Below, one piece after another: positions 60,771 to 64,000 of a stretch of 64,000 nucleotides of DNA. Position 1 is the stretch's first letter. Each line of letters opens with the position of its first letter. The notes under the pieces are model-generated. The model saw only the letters and a program-made list of their open reading frames with translations, did not search any database and was not told the DNA's origin. Source of the stretch: Pristiophorus japonicus (taxonomy: Eukaryota); the NCBI RefSeq assembly GCF_044704955.1, contig NC_091991.1, positions 141,484,001-141,548,000 on the forward strand, given 5' to 3'. A program made the translations under genes and the position numbers.

Positions 60771-62759
60771 TTGTGTTTATCCGTTAGTATCGCCAACAGT
60801 AAATTTTAGGCTTTACTGTTTAGCTCTTTTTTGGAACTACTAGATAAAGTTTCTCATCTTGGGGAACAATATTACATATTTATTCTATAATTGCCAAACA
60901 TCTGGCATATTCGCAGAATGACAGATACAGGATTCTATCCTGCATGGCTCACAACGCCATCACACGTTAGTTTTTGCAGATGTGATTAGCACGTCTAGTG
61001 GACTTAGTGGACTGTATCATTTGAAAAAAAATGTACATGCACAGTCTTTTGAATTGTGCAACACACAATTTATTCTGATAAATTTAGAAGACACAGACTA
61101 GTTATCAATATATATGATTCGCAGCTGTTCAATGGGGTTTCGGTGAATGTTATAACATAGTAACGAAAAACAAAGACATACTGATTATTTGAGGGCTATT
61201 ACAAGCATAAAAAGGCACTTAAATACTTAACTGATCACATTGGTTGTTGTGAAAGGTAGAGTGGACACCAGCTTGAAGTCTGCTTTAGTGGAGAAAGGCA
61301 CAGAGCCAACCCAGAACAAAGTGAAGCATGTTGCTGCAATGAATCGTGTAACTAGGATACTTTTAACTCGCCATCCAATGTAAAAAAAAATTCTAATACT
61401 TTATTGAAATCAAAGTTTAATCCCTGAACAGAATGAAAGTAACACTAGACGTACAACGGTTATCACAAAAGCTGCAGTGTACCAGGTCACGTCAAATCAT
61501 ATCGCTACTAAATATACGTGAAGTTCTACAAAAAAAGTCAAGCATAAAAAGCAACACCTAGCATAAATAGGGGCCTTTGTGCTTAAAATAAAAGCAATTT
61601 TTTGGGTACAAAGATAGCCGAGTGTTCAAAGTTGCTGCTTCTTTCCTATACCTCTCCTGCACAATACAATACGACCAACTGCTACCAATGTCACTTTTCC
61701 GCCACCCACTGGAAGGTGAAAGTAGCACAGGTCGATTCATCCTCTGATTTCAGTGTCTACAGATCTTCACCTATAACCAACTGGGATCCTAGGATCACAA
61801 GTCGTAAAACCATGTCTGATCATGCTGTTTTTAAATAAGTAATGCGTTTTATCATTATTTTTGAAGATGTATTTATTCTCTAATTCCCCCATCAGATCAC
61901 AACAGCGGGCAATCCGTTCAAAGAGTAATGTCATTCTGAATTGGGCATCAAGAAGCACAGTATAAAAGCCGAGAGATATCTCTGCCAAATATTTCCCAGG
62001 AGATACTGCCCCGCATAGCAGGAAGGCCAGGATCAGGAACTCGGCTAAGTGGGGGAAATCAAACCAGAGTCCCATCATTCAACAGTGTCATGTGTTGGTG
62101 CTCCATATACACTAACTTATGAAAATAATGGGAAAAGATCATCCAGCCAATAAAGCACACCCCCCACCACAGCCCGACAGTGTACAGCCACGTACACCAG
62201 TTATTCAACCCAAGTCATCAATCTCCTGGGAGAGGCAAAAAAAAAAACAAGGGCCAACTTGGGGAGTGGTATTTACTCGGGCTTTTGCAGAGGCAATCAA
62301 TGAAGGCTCCAAGAGACCACAGCGCCTCATGAATATTATTACCAGCTATGTCTTCTATATTTTGAAATGACATCTTCTCTCAGGAACTTGACCAGCTCCC
62401 TCTGAAGAACTGCAGGAAACCCAAACTTACCAAACACGTCAGTGATCTGTACTAGAGAATGATAATTCTGTGAATGGAAATACTTCCCACTTGTCCCTTC
62501 CGTATACATCTCAAATAACCTATCCACCAACAAGATAAAACTTAATCTCTTCATCATTTAAAAACCTGTGTCATATCCCCTCTCAGCCCATGCTTCTCTA
62601 ATGAAAATACCCCCAACCCCTTGAGCCTATCTTGATGAAGAACTTCAGTTATTCTGCCAAATTTATCTTTAGAAAAACCCATGAAGGAGATTAATGGGTA
62701 CATGCAAAATGCCATTTCATAAATTTCCCTTTTGTAGAATAGGCATGGGCCATCAAGGA

Positions 62760-63610
62760 AAAGCAAGAATTAAACTCACTTAATTCCACTAAACTAAACC
62801 AAACCAGGTAAATAATAGACTATTTTGTCCAACATTGATACGGGTAGTAGACAATCTTCCAGAGTCCGTAATGCAGGATAAAGATATAAACTAATTAAGG
62901 ACCGAAAACATGGATTTAAAAAAAGACAAGTCATGTCTGACAAACTACAGAAAGTGGTTTTAGAAAACATTTGTTTCAAGAAACAGTGGACTTTATTGAT
63001 AAAGGAAACGCAGTAGATGTTGTGTATTTGGATTTTCAAAAGACATTTGATAAGTTGGGGCATTGGATCCTTGTTGATAAAAATTAAGGCACACCACACC
63101 AAAAGGCATGTTACAGCAGATAAGATGTTATTTAAAGAGAATATATATAAACTGTTCTCACTTGGGTGTGGGGACACATTATAATAATTTACTGACTACA
63201 CAAAAATAGGGAGCAGATTTAACTGTGAAGAGAATCGTTTGTAGATTGGACAGATCGATGCCAGATGAAATGAGGAAATTGAGGCCTTATTCGTTGGATC
63301 AATAAAGCTTGAGAGATCTAAATTGAGAGTTTAAATTAAATTGGGAAGAACTATTTCCACTGGTCAGTAAGTCAGTAAAAGAACTAAGGGAGAGGTTTTT
63401 TTGCATAAGGTTATGTGGATATGAAATGCCCTTGCAGAAAAAGTGGCCAAAGCAGAATTCATAATAGTTTCCAAAAGCAAAGTAGGTAAGAATTTGAAGA
63501 ACTATCAGGAAAGATCAAGGGAATGGGACTAAGTGAATAGCTCTTTGAGAGCTGGGACAGATATATGATATGCCAAATAGCCTCCTCTGCTCTATAAAAT
63601 GTTATGATTC
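62760..63610 (+). mobile_element. Highly degenerate, internally deleted CR1
   Basis: gatgttgtgtatttggattttcaaaagacatttgataag (DVVYLDFQKTFDK). Degenerate 3' UTR. Confidence 0.6.
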
Positions 63611-63719
63611 TTGCATTCTAAATGGATATTGCCGAAGAAAAAGAGGGCCTATAAAAAGATAACCAAGTCAGCTTCTTGACCAGAAATAAGTATACAATAC
63701 TTTACAACAATGATTTATC

Positions 63720-64000
63720 GCAGATAGTAAAAGCTTTTACCGATATATAAAACGGAAGAGTGTAACTAAAGTAAATATTGGTCCCTTAGAAGATGAGATG
63801 GGGGATTTAATAAGGGGAAATGTGGAAATGGCTGAGACCGTAAACAATTATTTTGCTTCGGTCTTCACAGTGGAAGACACAAAAACCATGCCAAAAATTG
63901 CTGGTCACAGGAATGTGGGAAGGGAGGACCTGGAGACAATCACTATCACTAGGGGGATAGTGCTGGACAGGCTAATGGGACTCAAGGTAGACAAGTCCCC
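63720..64000 (+). mobile_element. CR1 ORF2 fragment running off the window end
   Basis: DSKSFYRYIKRK..IGPLE..NNYFASVFTVED..GLKVDKSP. Confidence 0.85.

Overview
Vertebrate genomic DNA, most likely a cartilaginous fish (inferred from the repeat complement: CR1, RTE, L2, Penelope, Deu-type and LF-SINE-like SINEs). The window lies inside the CLEC16A gene on the minus strand. Five consecutive internal coding exons are visible (59626-59398, 43137-43011, 41467-41367, 39456-39334, 27244-27135), with GT-AG borders and matching phases. The rest is intron packed with nested transposable elements. These include a near full-length but broken CR1 LINE, many CR1/RTE/L2 fragments, hAT and Tc1/mariner MITEs, and about a dozen GC-rich TIR elements with short AT-rich TSDs (PIF/Harbinger-like). 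Three observations stand out. (1) A 3.8 kb ORF1-less APE-RT LINE starts with a tRNA-type Pol III A/B-box head, is almost free of sense-strand T-runs, and has a matching head+tail SINE derivative nearby. (2) A CR1 insertion sits 4-7 nt from a CLEC16A splice acceptor and now supplies its polypyrimidine tract. (3) Non-autonomous TIR elements carry a promoter-like core between two divergent splice donors. All family assignments come from motif recognition by eye; no database search was run.
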